NCBI GenBank assembly: GCA_041494705.1
Contig: JBGQBI010000003.1
Coordinates: 150,001-182,000 of the forward strand
DNA length: 32,000 nucleotides
Direction: 5' to 3'
Source of the DNA: Candidatus Methanoperedens sp.
GTDB lineage: Archaea; Halobacteriota; Methanosarcinia; Methanosarcinales; Methanoperedenaceae
Part shown: in pieces, positions 12,257-21,265 of the stretch
Layout of the letters: each line of letters starts with the position of its first letter
Numbering within the stretch: the stretch's first letter is position 1
Program-made: the position numbers and the translations under genes
The notes under the pieces: generated by a model
Seen by the model: only the letters and a program-made list of their open reading frames with translations
Told to the model about the DNA's origin: nothing
Databases searched by the model: none

Positions 12257-13516
12257 TTAGTTTCTCGGGGAATGTTTCCCAAATGCTATTATGCCCAATC
12301 CTATGAAAAGCATTATGAAGAGGATTGCCAGTATTTTGACGACAGTAAAGAGCGACTCATGAAATATGCTTAATAGTGAAATCTCAAGGAGAAGAATGGC
12401 TGTTGTTATATAAAGAAAACTGAAATTTTTAATAGCCATATTATACATAATCAGTATATAAGAAAGAGAGAAGAACATTAGAGCAATTCCCAAAATCCCA
12501 ATTATCCGGATTGCTTCGGCATATTCCTGCCCGAAAAGCATACCAACCACAAAAGTTGGAACAGCCCAATATGCTATTACCGCTATTAAGGAGAGCAGGC
12601 ATGTGTAAGCAAGACAGTTTTTCAGGACATTGATGGTAATTTCTTTCTTAATGTGCAATTCAGAGACCTTCGGGAACATGACAGTTGCAATAGGAGCGGT
12701 GACAAAGAATATAATTTTTGAAATCAGCGAAGCCGCTGAATAATATCCCGCTTCGGTAGCGCTGAAATAATGCTTTACAAGCACGACGTCTATATTCGAA
12801 ATTAGTGCTATAATGAGCGATGTGACAAATACCGGTAATGAATATTGCAGGATATCTCTATTCTGAATTTTAATTGACGCTTCCTTTAAAATGAACCGCA
12901 GAGGTACCAGTGCGAGTAGAAATGCGAGCAGCGTAGATACGAATAGAGCCAGCATTGTGCCGCTCACTCCCCATCCAATATAAATGAACACTATACTGAA
13001 TGCCAGTTTAAATGCCGCTCCAATGATGCCGTTCAATCCGGCCTGAGTGAAGTTTTGCAATCCTTGCAAAGCTCCTGTGGTCAATGGATATAGAGCCGAG
13101 ACAAGAAATATCAACCCGATAATGAAAATTGGAATCGTATCAGGAATTTTCAGGAAGGATGCGATTACGCCGCTGGCAAGGCTGATAAGAAGAAACCCTA
13201 TAAGTCCAAAGATAAAAAGTTTATTGATGGAATAAATCAACAAATATTTTATCTTTCCATATTCGTATTTTGCTTTGTATTCCGAGGTAAAAAGTGCAAT
13301 CGTAGTTATAATGGTACTGGCTGGGACAGATGTTATTATTAATATCGAAACAAGGGCGCTGAATTCCCCATAGCCTTCAGGTCCCAGCGCCCGTCCCACA
13401 TAGAGCTGGAAAAGGTACCCGAATACCCCGCTAATTATAGTAGTGATGAAGATAATGCTGCTGTGTTTTAACAGGTTGTTATCGGTTTTTAGAATGTTTG
13501 TTATTTTTTTTATCAT
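12257..13516 (-). CDS. MOP/Wzx-type oligosaccharide flippase (polysaccharide biosynthesis protein family)
   Basis: 419 aa, almost entirely hydrophobic helices (about 12 TM by eye) with the layout of Wzx/MATE-like exporters. Its ATG overlaps the upstream stop (ATGA at 13513-13516). Confidence 0.7.
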   Translation of the reverse strand: MIKKITNILKTDNNLLKHSSIIFITTIISGVFGYLFQLYVGRALGPEGYGEFSALVSILIITSVPASTIITTIALFTSEYKAKYEYGKIKYLLIYSINKLFIFGLIGFLLISLASGVIASFLKIPDTIPIFIIGLIFLVSALYPLTTGALQGLQNFTQAGLNGIIGAAFKLAFSIVFIYIGWGVSGTMLALFVSTLLAFLLALVPLRFILKEASIKIQNRDILQYSLPVFVTSLIIALISNIDVVLVKHYFSATEAGYYSAASLISKIIFFVTAPIATVMFPKVSELHIKKEITINVLKNCLAYTCLLSLIAVIAYWAVPTFVVGMLFGQEYAEAIRIIGILGIALMFFSLSYILIMYNMAIKNFSFLYITTAILLLEISLLSIFHESLFTVVKILAILFIMLFIGLGIIAFGKHSPRN

Positions 13517-15237
13517 TGAGGTCCTAAAACCAGTGTATCATTAAATTTTTTAACGATTTCGAATCCTGTGGTGTTGATATTTGTCCCCATCATATCTGTG
13601 TGCACTATTGCGTATTTAACCCCCATCTCTTTCAGTCTGTTAGCGCTTGTTTTATTGATTTCAGCAAGGCTTTTCATAATTTCCCCCGAGCCGCCGTTTA
13701 CCAATTTTTTCTTATGGATACGCTGGTAAAACAGATATCTTAAGTCCACAATTTCATCTTTGCTCGGGGAAACTACCACAGGATACTCTATAATTGTAAA
13801 CTCCCCATTCTGGCTCGCGAGCCAGTTATACTCTTGCGGAATTTTAATTTTGGTTGTATGGTATTCATATTCATGCTGTCCAAATGGAAAATTTTGTTCT
13901 GGTCTTTTTATCTGGCTTATATTGGATGGAATTGGTGCAAACTCAAATAAAATAATTAAAATTATTGAAATTACGAACAATGATTTCCATTTTTTTAGTT
14001 TCTCCTGTAAAAGATACTTGATACTTATCCCTGCTAATATCGATACGGACATCATTAATATGACATCAAATCTGGCAATTACCCGGAAAGATGGAGTAAT
14101 CTGGTAAAGTAAATAAGAAAGTGAGAATGGTATCTTCAGACTTCCGATGGGTAGATACGGAGGCAGCATAAAACCCAGCGCCAACAGGGCAAACAGGGTA
14201 AACAGGACAACAACATGGTGTTCCTCGGTTTTTTTGTTCTTAATAAACTTCAATACGGCATATGTTGCCAGAAATAAAGGAGCGAAGCCTATGTACAATA
14301 TCTGCTCGATAGGGTTGCTGCCATAGAGATGGGACAAAACAAATTCTTGAACATACTGCCCGAATACAGGATGGTACACAGGTGGAAGAAAGAAGTCCCA
14401 TGGTTTTGCTGAATAGACGAGAAGTTCGTATATATCACGTTTAGGTACTATTTGCTGGGACGAGAAAAGTGCCGGTTTAACAAAAAAGTAATAAACTGCG
14501 AGAGCTGTGCCTGCGAGGATGACTAATATGATGCCTGCGATTTTCAAATTTTTTCGGTTGAAGCATCGGGCAAAATTTCTTAAAATATATAACTTGGATG
14601 TATATGTTTTGTATAAAAAATAAATTATTATCAGGAGCAAGGTAAAAAACGCATAATACCAGTTAGAGAATAGTACGATTGCCAAAAAAATCCCGAAAAT
14701 AGCTGCATTTTTATAACTCCTATCCCTATCCAATTTTAACATGTATAGCAGGCAGAATGGAATCCACTGGATTTGAGCCAGTTCCCAGTGATCCATTGCC
14801 TGGGCGATGTGGTAAGGTGAAAAAGCGAATATTATGCTGGATATAAGAGAGGCAGATTTGTTTTTTATCAGATAATATGCCAGAGAATACATTCCTATGC
14901 CCGATAGTACAAAGGAGGACAGTATCAGAAAATTATAAGAAAAAACCTCACCGAATAATATTGAAAAAGGGAGAGATGATAAACTGATTATAGGGGTGAC
15001 AAGAGGTCGGTAAATCCCATCGGGAGCACCTACCATTGGCGAAAATAAAGGAGATGTGTTAAGCTCAACAATTGAGTACTTGAACCACCATATCCACCAT
15101 ATTACTCCAAAAGGGTCGCCTGGATACCCGTAAAAGCTCGTTGCCATGTTAAAGGCAACAGGATATGTAAATAAAATAGTTAAAATTATTAATATAACAG
15201 CTACGTAAAAGTAATGATTAACAAATTTCTTGACCAT
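13513..15237 (-). CDS. Polytopic membrane protein, GT-C-like (candidate lipid-linked-sugar glycosyltransferase/polymerase) with soluble C-terminal domain
   Basis: 574 aa. The N-terminal TM is followed by a loop, YGYPGDPFGVIWWIWW, then more than 10 TM helices. The C-terminal ~130 aa are hydrophilic (EYNWLASQNGEFTIIEYP..GVKYAIVHTD). Function is inferred from architecture only. Confidence 0.6.
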   Translation of the reverse strand: MVKKFVNHYFYVAVILIILTILFTYPVAFNMATSFYGYPGDPFGVIWWIWWFKYSIVELNTSPLFSPMVGAPDGIYRPLVTPIISLSSLPFSILFGEVFSYNFLILSSFVLSGIGMYSLAYYLIKNKSASLISSIIFAFSPYHIAQAMDHWELAQIQWIPFCLLYMLKLDRDRSYKNAAIFGIFLAIVLFSNWYYAFFTLLLIIIYFLYKTYTSKLYILRNFARCFNRKNLKIAGIILVILAGTALAVYYFFVKPALFSSQQIVPKRDIYELLVYSAKPWDFFLPPVYHPVFGQYVQEFVLSHLYGSNPIEQILYIGFAPLFLATYAVLKFIKNKKTEEHHVVVLFTLFALLALGFMLPPYLPIGSLKIPFSLSYLLYQITPSFRVIARFDVILMMSVSILAGISIKYLLQEKLKKWKSLFVISIILIILFEFAPIPSNISQIKRPEQNFPFGQHEYEYHTTKIKIPQEYNWLASQNGEFTIIEYPVVVSPSKDEIVDLRYLFYQRIHKKKLVNGGSGEIMKSLAEINKTSANRLKEMGVKYAIVHTDMMGTNINTTGFEIVKKFNDTLVLGPQ

Positions 15238-15246
15238 GATAGTCTT

Positions 15247-17493
15247 TTACCACTCTGTCGCATAGCTTCCCTTTTCAAAATGCTTCCTGACATATCTCAG
15301 GACTAAAATAACAAATAATAACCCGAGTATAAAAGATGCAACCGCACCATATAATCCTATAATTTCATAGCCTGCAACTACAAGCGATGAAAATATCATT
15401 ATTACAGACATTGTTTTTATTAAAAACATTACAACTGGAAAATCCTGCCGCTGGAATATCCAGTTTGCTTTTTCACTCTGCCCGATTAATCTCAGCCCAA
15501 CACCAAACACCAGCAAGAAATAAGCAAGTATAGCGGTACCCTCTGCATACGTTTGATTCAGCATGTGTATGAAAGGCGTTAAAGCAAGGACAAAAAGCGC
15601 TTCAAGAATAAATAGTGAAGATGCAGGTGTTTTTTCGAAAAGTTTTATTATAAAAGCACCAAAAGTTTGTACCGTAGTTTTATCTTCCCCTATCAGCCCG
15701 GGGATGAAATCGAAGAAACCTTCCTTTACCAGGATGTAGATTCCTGATATGATTATTATCAGGTAGAATAAAATCACACCGCTGAGTAGCCCTATAGCAT
15801 CGGATTTTCTCATGTTGAAATTTATTTTATTTTTCCCAGGAAGCGTGTCAGAGCTTATTGAATAGATACTCCACATTTCCTTTGTATCTGCAAATTCAAT
15901 ATTCTGCCTGTTCAATTCATTAAATAATGGAACCGTGTATGTTGTAGGATTATAGAATATCTGGTTTTCGCTCTTCTTTTCGGTCTGGACGGCATTTAAT
16001 GGTATCTCGTAGGTCTTTATGTTACGGGGATCATTTCTGATTTTCTCGGCGTTGACAAGACTAATTGATTCTCCAGACTGCACTGTTGTGGCGCCTATGT
16101 CCCCCTTGGCTATTGCCACAGCTATTGTGTCCATGTGCTTGTTTATGAAATTTTCATTAAAATCTATATGCAATAAAAACTCTGCTGTTGCGAAGGTGTT
16201 ATCATATGTAGCAGGTTTTTTGATGAGTATGGAATTGGTTCCGATGCCTGGTTTTTCTATATTTCCGGTTGTACTTTTTATTTCGGCATTGGTGATTGTT
16301 GCATCTTTTAGCGTTACTTCTGTCCAGTCGGAAGTTGTTTCGATGCGAAGCGGAAGGCTCCTCTCCATGTATTTATTTTCTTTAAGCTGGTCAAGTTCGA
16401 ATAATGGCTCTCTGGCTGCCTGGGAAGATAGGTTTCCAAGTTTAATGGCAAAAGTAACTGGTTCAGTTCCATTATATTTTCCCATATCGGCAAAATCCTG
16501 TGCGGCAAGATTTACCATTGTATATCCCGGGTCGTTTTTCATTATGGTAATACTGGCAGGATTATCGCTAACCCCAAAATCAACCATGTAACTGGCTTTC
16601 CTGTAGCTGTTACCGGGATGAGAGTAATTAAGGATTATAAAATCTGACCCAACTATTGATTCAATAAGGCTCTGGTTATCAATTTCTAAAGATTTTGCTT
16701 TTCTAAGATAAAGTCCTTTGAAATCTATTTCTGTTTTATTTGAGGTTGTTTCGATTACCAGTGGAATGTTTTTGAGGTTAAGGGATGCTGTCTGGTTATT
16801 TACCAGTACGGATTCCCCGATTGTTACCGTGGTCTCTCCGTTATCGGCTTTATCTATTGTAACAACCGGCATAGGATTATCAAGGGATATGTCCACAAGG
16901 AATTTTGCGCTTCCATAGCTCGTATCGTTTGACTCTATTTTCGCCAGTATTATGCTTTTTGTCCCGATGATTGGTTCCCGGAGCGTAGTACCTTTTATAT
17001 CAAGTATCTGTGCATTCCTGATAGTTGCGTCGTTTAACTCAAGCCTTGTCCAGTCAGAAGTAGTCTCTATCGTTACAGGTATCTGCAGTGGTTTTTTATT
17101 GTTTTTGTACTCTCCTATTTTATCAATGCTGACATCAGTTTCCCCATTATAATCTTTTGTAATTACAAGCTCGACATTTTCTTTAAATGTATCAAGTTCC
17201 AGTTCCATTCTGATAATATCTGGGGTGTTATTACTCTTGTACTTGTTAAGAATAATTCCCGTCGAATCAATTATTGGATTCTTCAACCCTTCTGTTTTAT
17301 CAAGTATTTTTGTGTCCTTTATCGAAGCACCATTAAAAGAAACCCGCGCCCAGTCGGAAGTGGTGGATATAGTTACAACTATCGATGACGTCTTTATTAC
17401 ACGCTCTTCACCTGCCGTCAAATTATCTACTGCGAAGTATAATGGAATTAAAAGAATAAACAGAAGGATTAAAATTAATATTTTTGCATTCAT
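15247..17493 (-). CDS. Uncharacterised surface/membrane protein: signal/anchor + 4 tandem repeat modules + C-terminal ~5-TM bundle
   Basis: 748 aa. The core (I/V)ETTSDWT(R/E)(L/V)xLxDATIxNAxI recurs around W48, W148, ~aa 255 (degenerate, ETTSNKTEIDF) and W390. The C-terminal ~180 aa contain about 5 hydrophobic helices. I recognise no family. Confidence 0.75.
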   Translation of the reverse strand: MNAKILILILLFILLIPLYFAVDNLTAGEERVIKTSSIVVTISTTSDWARVSFNGASIKDTKILDKTEGLKNPIIDSTGIILNKYKSNNTPDIIRMELELDTFKENVELVITKDYNGETDVSIDKIGEYKNNKKPLQIPVTIETTSDWTRLELNDATIRNAQILDIKGTTLREPIIGTKSIILAKIESNDTSYGSAKFLVDISLDNPMPVVTIDKADNGETTVTIGESVLVNNQTASLNLKNIPLVIETTSNKTEIDFKGLYLRKAKSLEIDNQSLIESIVGSDFIILNYSHPGNSYRKASYMVDFGVSDNPASITIMKNDPGYTMVNLAAQDFADMGKYNGTEPVTFAIKLGNLSSQAAREPLFELDQLKENKYMERSLPLRIETTSDWTEVTLKDATITNAEIKSTTGNIEKPGIGTNSILIKKPATYDNTFATAEFLLHIDFNENFINKHMDTIAVAIAKGDIGATTVQSGESISLVNAEKIRNDPRNIKTYEIPLNAVQTEKKSENQIFYNPTTYTVPLFNELNRQNIEFADTKEMWSIYSISSDTLPGKNKINFNMRKSDAIGLLSGVILFYLIIIISGIYILVKEGFFDFIPGLIGEDKTTVQTFGAFIIKLFEKTPASSLFILEALFVLALTPFIHMLNQTYAEGTAILAYFLLVFGVGLRLIGQSEKANWIFQRQDFPVVMFLIKTMSVIMIFSSLVVAGYEIIGLYGAVASFILGLLFVILVLRYVRKHFEKGSYATEW
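16158..17400 (-). repeat. Four tandem protein-level repeats (~100-135 codons each) within the 748-aa ORF
   Basis: Residual nucleotide similarity is visible around the W codons: gtccagtcggaagttgtttcgat (16322-), gtccagtcagaagtagtctctat (17048-), cccagtcggaagtggtggatat (17349-). Confidence 0.6.
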
Positions 17494-17500
17494 GTTTCCA

Positions 17501-18943
17501 TCATCCTCGGGTTTTGTGTGTTACTTCCTTAATTATTAATAAACATTTGGACTTAATGCGCTCACTCAGCATAAACAGTATAATGAAATATAGAACTCCC
17601 CCTGTCAAAACCGTTATAATCAAATTCCTGACCATTGCCTGCGGAAACATCTTTGAAAACACAAATACTATCAATCCCATCAACGCCGCTGAAAAGATTT
17701 CATAAGCAATGTCCTTAAAAGGGATTTTAATGTCCAGCATCCTGCAAACAACCTTCGTATTCCACACAAATGAGACAAGTATCGTAACCATAGTACCCAT
17801 AGCAGCTCCAACAAATCCGAAAAAATATACAAGCAGCAGTATCCCGAAAACATTTAAGATTGTGGTAAAAACATTGATTTTAAAAACAACATCCGGTAAA
17901 TCCATTCCTTCCAGTGTCCTCACAGATATCATCTGCATGGATTGAAACATGCGGGCAAGCATCAGGATTACCAGCACAAGATAACCCGCCTCAAAATCTT
18001 TTCCATAGATTGCCCCCAGCAAATTCTCCGAGATGACAAGCGTGCCAAAAAAAGCGGGAATAACCAGAAGCGGAGAGTAAACCAGACTTTCTGAAAAAAT
18101 GCTTGCGATTTCCTGTTTCTGGTTCCCGGATGAAAAATCGCTTATCTTCGGGTATATCGAACTTGAAATCGCCTGGCTGAGGAGCAAAAAAACGGCAGAA
18201 AGCCCCCACGCAACACCGTATATTCCCGCCTGTTGTTGAGTCAGGAACAACCCTATGATTACAATGCCGATCCATTCATATAAATAACCTCCGACAGCAT
18301 TGCCTGAAGAGAATTTTGAAAAAGCCAGAAGGCTATTAAAATGTGATTTTTTAGGTACCTTGAGTCCCGTATCTATAAGCCTTGAACCGATAAACAGCGA
18401 AATAAGTACGCCGATGCCCAGTCCTATGACCAGCCCGAAGATTTCAAATCCGAGCAGGATTAAAAATGACTGGAAAAGGACACGCAGGAATTGCTGGGCA
18501 AGATCAAATGCGCCCCCAATATCCACTTTCTGCTCGCCGTGAAGTATCTCCCTTATAATATCGGAAAATTGCGTTAACCCGAGTATCAGAATCAAGTAAT
18601 AAGAAAGTTCAGCGCCAATATAGCGATATACCTGACCGCGGAAAACCAATATTGCAAGTGCGCAGAGCGCAAAAACACCCAGCCTGAGCATCAGGGACGC
18701 CGTTGCAATCTCTGACTGCTGGACGCCCTCGCTGATTCTCTTGATTGTGGCTGCCTGCAGCCCCATGTTCGTGATAAGATTGAATACCGTGAGGACGGAC
18801 ATGAACAGGAAATAGATACCGAGTGTCTGTGCCCCAAGTTTGCGGGAAAAATAAACCATCCCGATAAAACTTATGATGGCTGTAATAACGCTGAAAATAA
18901 ACCATTTTAGGCTTGTCTTTGCAAGGCTCATTTCACTATTCAT
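17501..18943 (-). CDS. MOP/Wzx-type flippase (second copy, different sequence)
   Basis: 480 aa, about 12-14 TM helices with a MATE/polysaccharide-biosynthesis-protein-like layout. The start is ATG 18943 (8-nt overlap with the upstream gene) or ATG 18931. Confidence 0.75.
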   Translation of the reverse strand: MNSEMSLAKTSLKWFIFSVITAIISFIGMVYFSRKLGAQTLGIYFLFMSVLTVFNLITNMGLQAATIKRISEGVQQSEIATASLMLRLGVFALCALAILVFRGQVYRYIGAELSYYLILILGLTQFSDIIREILHGEQKVDIGGAFDLAQQFLRVLFQSFLILLGFEIFGLVIGLGIGVLISLFIGSRLIDTGLKVPKKSHFNSLLAFSKFSSGNAVGGYLYEWIGIVIIGLFLTQQQAGIYGVAWGLSAVFLLLSQAISSSIYPKISDFSSGNQKQEIASIFSESLVYSPLLVIPAFFGTLVISENLLGAIYGKDFEAGYLVLVILMLARMFQSMQMISVRTLEGMDLPDVVFKINVFTTILNVFGILLLVYFFGFVGAAMGTMVTILVSFVWNTKVVCRMLDIKIPFKDIAYEIFSAALMGLIVFVFSKMFPQAMVRNLIITVLTGGVLYFIILFMLSERIKSKCLLIIKEVTHKTRG

Positions 18944-20027
18944 GCCTCATTGCAGATGATATTTCCGGTTTTGTTTTTCCTATGAAAATAGCGGTATCGA
19001 ATTTCTTAGCCTGCGCCTCGCACGCATGCCTGTATCTATCAGGGTCTGCTGATATTTTTTTAATAGCTTTCATAATATCCGGAACCTCCGGTTTCACGAG
19101 CAAACCTGTCTCTCCATGTACTATACTTTCCAGGTATCCCCCTTCCCTGACCGCCACCACCGGTTTACCTGAAGCCATTGCCTCAACAGGAGTTAACCCG
19201 AAATCCTCATCCTGGGCGGTGGTTACCAGTCCTTTGCACTGTGCGTACAGCTTGAGCAGATCATCCTCGCTCACCATGCCGAGAAGCTCGACATTAGAAG
19301 GGACGTCTGACAGGAATTTAAGGTTCTTTTCAGCATGATCTCCCCTGCTGTATCCGCCTACGATTTTCAGTTTTTCATCCGGCAGGTTCCTGAAAGCCTC
19401 AAATTGCAGCCATATTCTCTTCTCAGGATACATCCTGTTGACCGACAGCCAGTAATCTTTATTTTTTTCAAAATAATAACTTGTGGTTTGCACAGGCGGA
19501 TACACGACCACCGCGTCCCTTTTATAGTATTTCTTAATTCTTTTTTGAGTATTCTGACTATTGGTGATTATCCTGTTAACATTTTTAATCGAGCACCTGT
19601 CAAACCAGCTATGCAGCTCAATCCACGCTTTCGCTATAATCCGCTGCCACAGTTTCTCCTGGCTATTAATTACCTGGTTCTTTAAGTCGTAGAACGCCCT
19701 CACGGGTGTGTGGCAGTAATACAGATTCGGCTTATGCCGCCATGCAGCATAATGCGCCCAGTTGCCTGAAAAAATAAAAAAATCATATTTCTTTGAAAAA
19801 TCGCACATGGCAAATTTCAAAGAAGCTGAAATCTGCTTTAAAGGTGGAATTTTAATTGTTTCGCCAAGGCTTATAATCCTCACATCCTCGAATCCCATCT
19901 TCCTGACAGAATCCTCATCAACGTCCGTGGTTATCACATCCGCTCCAAGCTCCCTTGCAAGCGTAAGCACCAGCTTCTCACCGCCGCCTATTGCGCCAAT
20001 GTAGTCGTGGAAGATTGCGATTTTCAT
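18936..20027 (-). CDS. GT4 family glycosyltransferase
   Basis: MKIAIFHDYIGAIGGGEKLVLTLAREL N-terminus and the EDFGLTPVEAMASGKPVVA (EX7E) motif. Confidence 0.85.
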   Translation of the reverse strand: MKIAIFHDYIGAIGGGEKLVLTLARELGADVITTDVDEDSVRKMGFEDVRIISLGETIKIPPLKQISASLKFAMCDFSKKYDFFIFSGNWAHYAAWRHKPNLYYCHTPVRAFYDLKNQVINSQEKLWQRIIAKAWIELHSWFDRCSIKNVNRIITNSQNTQKRIKKYYKRDAVVVYPPVQTTSYYFEKNKDYWLSVNRMYPEKRIWLQFEAFRNLPDEKLKIVGGYSRGDHAEKNLKFLSDVPSNVELLGMVSEDDLLKLYAQCKGLVTTAQDEDFGLTPVEAMASGKPVVAVREGGYLESIVHGETGLLVKPEVPDIMKAIKKISADPDRYRHACEAQAKKFDTAIFIGKTKPEISSAMRHE

Positions 20028-20075
20028 ACGTTATCATTTATACAGGCATATATCTTGTACTTGTATGGTCAGCCA

Positions 20076-20494
20076 TCAATTACTTTTTATAAGCGTCTCG
20101 ATTTCCCGGATGAACTTTTCCGCTCTTGACAGCGCATTTTCAGCTTCCGTCCTCGATATCGTCCCCACCGAACCATAGACTGCTGTATGCCTTTTTCTTC
20201 GCATACGATCAAACATTATCACATCATCTTCTTTCAAAAAGAGCTTTGCAAATCTAATAGCTGATACATGTCCGGCATCTGAGGAAGGACGGTACCCTTT
20301 TGAAAACATAAGAGCTCTCACAGATTGCAGTATTGAATTGTATGCAATTGAAAACCCCAGTCGCAATTATCATCCATAATATTCTTTGCAGCTTTCAAAT
20401 CACGTTTTGCCAGATCAAGTGCATCGCTGACTTTTTTCTCGTCTATCGGCAGCCTCTTTATAATGTCGGCTCTTTCAAGTTCATCAATATCCAC
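20076..20494 (-). pseudogene. HEPN-domain toxin gene, split by a 1-nt frameshift (or homopolymer sequencing error)
   Basis: The N-terminal frame runs from GTG 20494 (VDIDELERADIIKRLPIDEKKVSDALDLAKRDLKAAKNIMDDNCDWGF) to a stop at 20318. The C-terminal frame is the 96-aa track ORF (..GFSIAYNSILQSVRALMFSKG..DRMRRKRHTAVYG, Rx4-6H-like). One extra T in the G4T4 run (plus-strand 20351-20358) would restore DWGFSIAYNS. Confidence 0.6.
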
Positions 20495-21053
20495 TTAATT
20501 CACCTATCAGCATCACTTTTTTATCCTTAAGTACATTCTGTACAAATGGATCTTTGTTCCTTATCCTCTCATTCAATTCATCGGGTGTAAAAAGAACATA
20601 ATTTATCTCGCGTGAGAGCTGCGTTTCAAGTTTTTCTATGCAGCGTATAAGTTCATTTTCATGCACATGCCCGATTATGAAGAGGTCTATATCGCTTCTG
20701 CCTCCTGCGCTTCCTCTGGCAAAAGACCCATAGATGAATGCGGCTTTAATCTCACCCAGTTTCAACAGATTGTCGGTTAGAATCTTCCCCACAGCTTCGG
20801 TCTTGAGTATGATACCTGTCAATTCTGCATAGATAGGCATGTTTTTATTCACTACGTAATATCTTAAGTTGCCTTTTCTTACACTTGAGAGCAATCCAAT
20901 TTCTTCAAGATTCTTAAGCTCTCTCCTTATAGCATTGGTGTTCTCATCTGTCCTTCGTGCAATCTCCCTGACATACATCTCAGTCTCTGGATTGAGAAGA
21001 AAGAGTGTCAGCAGCTTTACTCTTGTCTTAGACGTGAATAATTTTTCAAGCAT
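20484..21053 (-). CDS. wHTH (ArsR-like) fused to minimal nucleotidyltransferase (MNT-type antitoxin partner of HEPN)
   Basis: The N-terminal part (TRVKLLTLFLLNPETEMYVREIARRTDENTNAIRRELKNLEEIGLL) looks like a winged helix. The NTase motif is YGSFARGSAGGRSDIDLFI (GSx10-ish DxD). The track start is TTG 21062; the first ATG is at 21053. Confidence 0.8.
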   Translation of the reverse strand: MLEKLFTSKTRVKLLTLFLLNPETEMYVREIARRTDENTNAIRRELKNLEEIGLLSSVRKGNLRYYVVNKNMPIYAELTGIILKTEAVGKILTDNLLKLGEIKAAFIYGSFARGSAGGRSDIDLFIIGHVHENELIRCIEKLETQLSREINYVLFTPDELNERIRNKDPFVQNVLKDKKVMLIGELSGY

Positions 21054-21139
21054 TGAGTACAAATTGTATTCAATCGTATAAAAATATTACTCAATGATAA
21101 ACCATAGTTTCAATCCAGTGCGAAGAAGCCAGAGAAACG

Positions 21140-21265
21140 TGTTGTCACCGCCGAGAGCGGCGCCACCGTGGGGTCTGGGGCTTGCCCCAGCGCGTGATTG
21201 TTGTAGTAATTTTAGTGTTTCACTAACGGTTCTTGGCGAAAGCCCCTGCTATCAGCGCCACCCCC
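21140..21265. other. GC-rich, hairpin-dense intergenic island (candidate structured RNA; strand unknown)
   Basis: Hairpins: cgccg-agag-cggcg (21149-21162), ctgggg-cttg-ccccag (21175-21190), ttagtg-ttt-cactaa (21212-21226) and tggcg...cgcca (21234-21260, containing ggc-gaaa-gcc). Direct repeat gcgccacc at 21160-21167 and 21255-21262. Confidence 0.25.
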
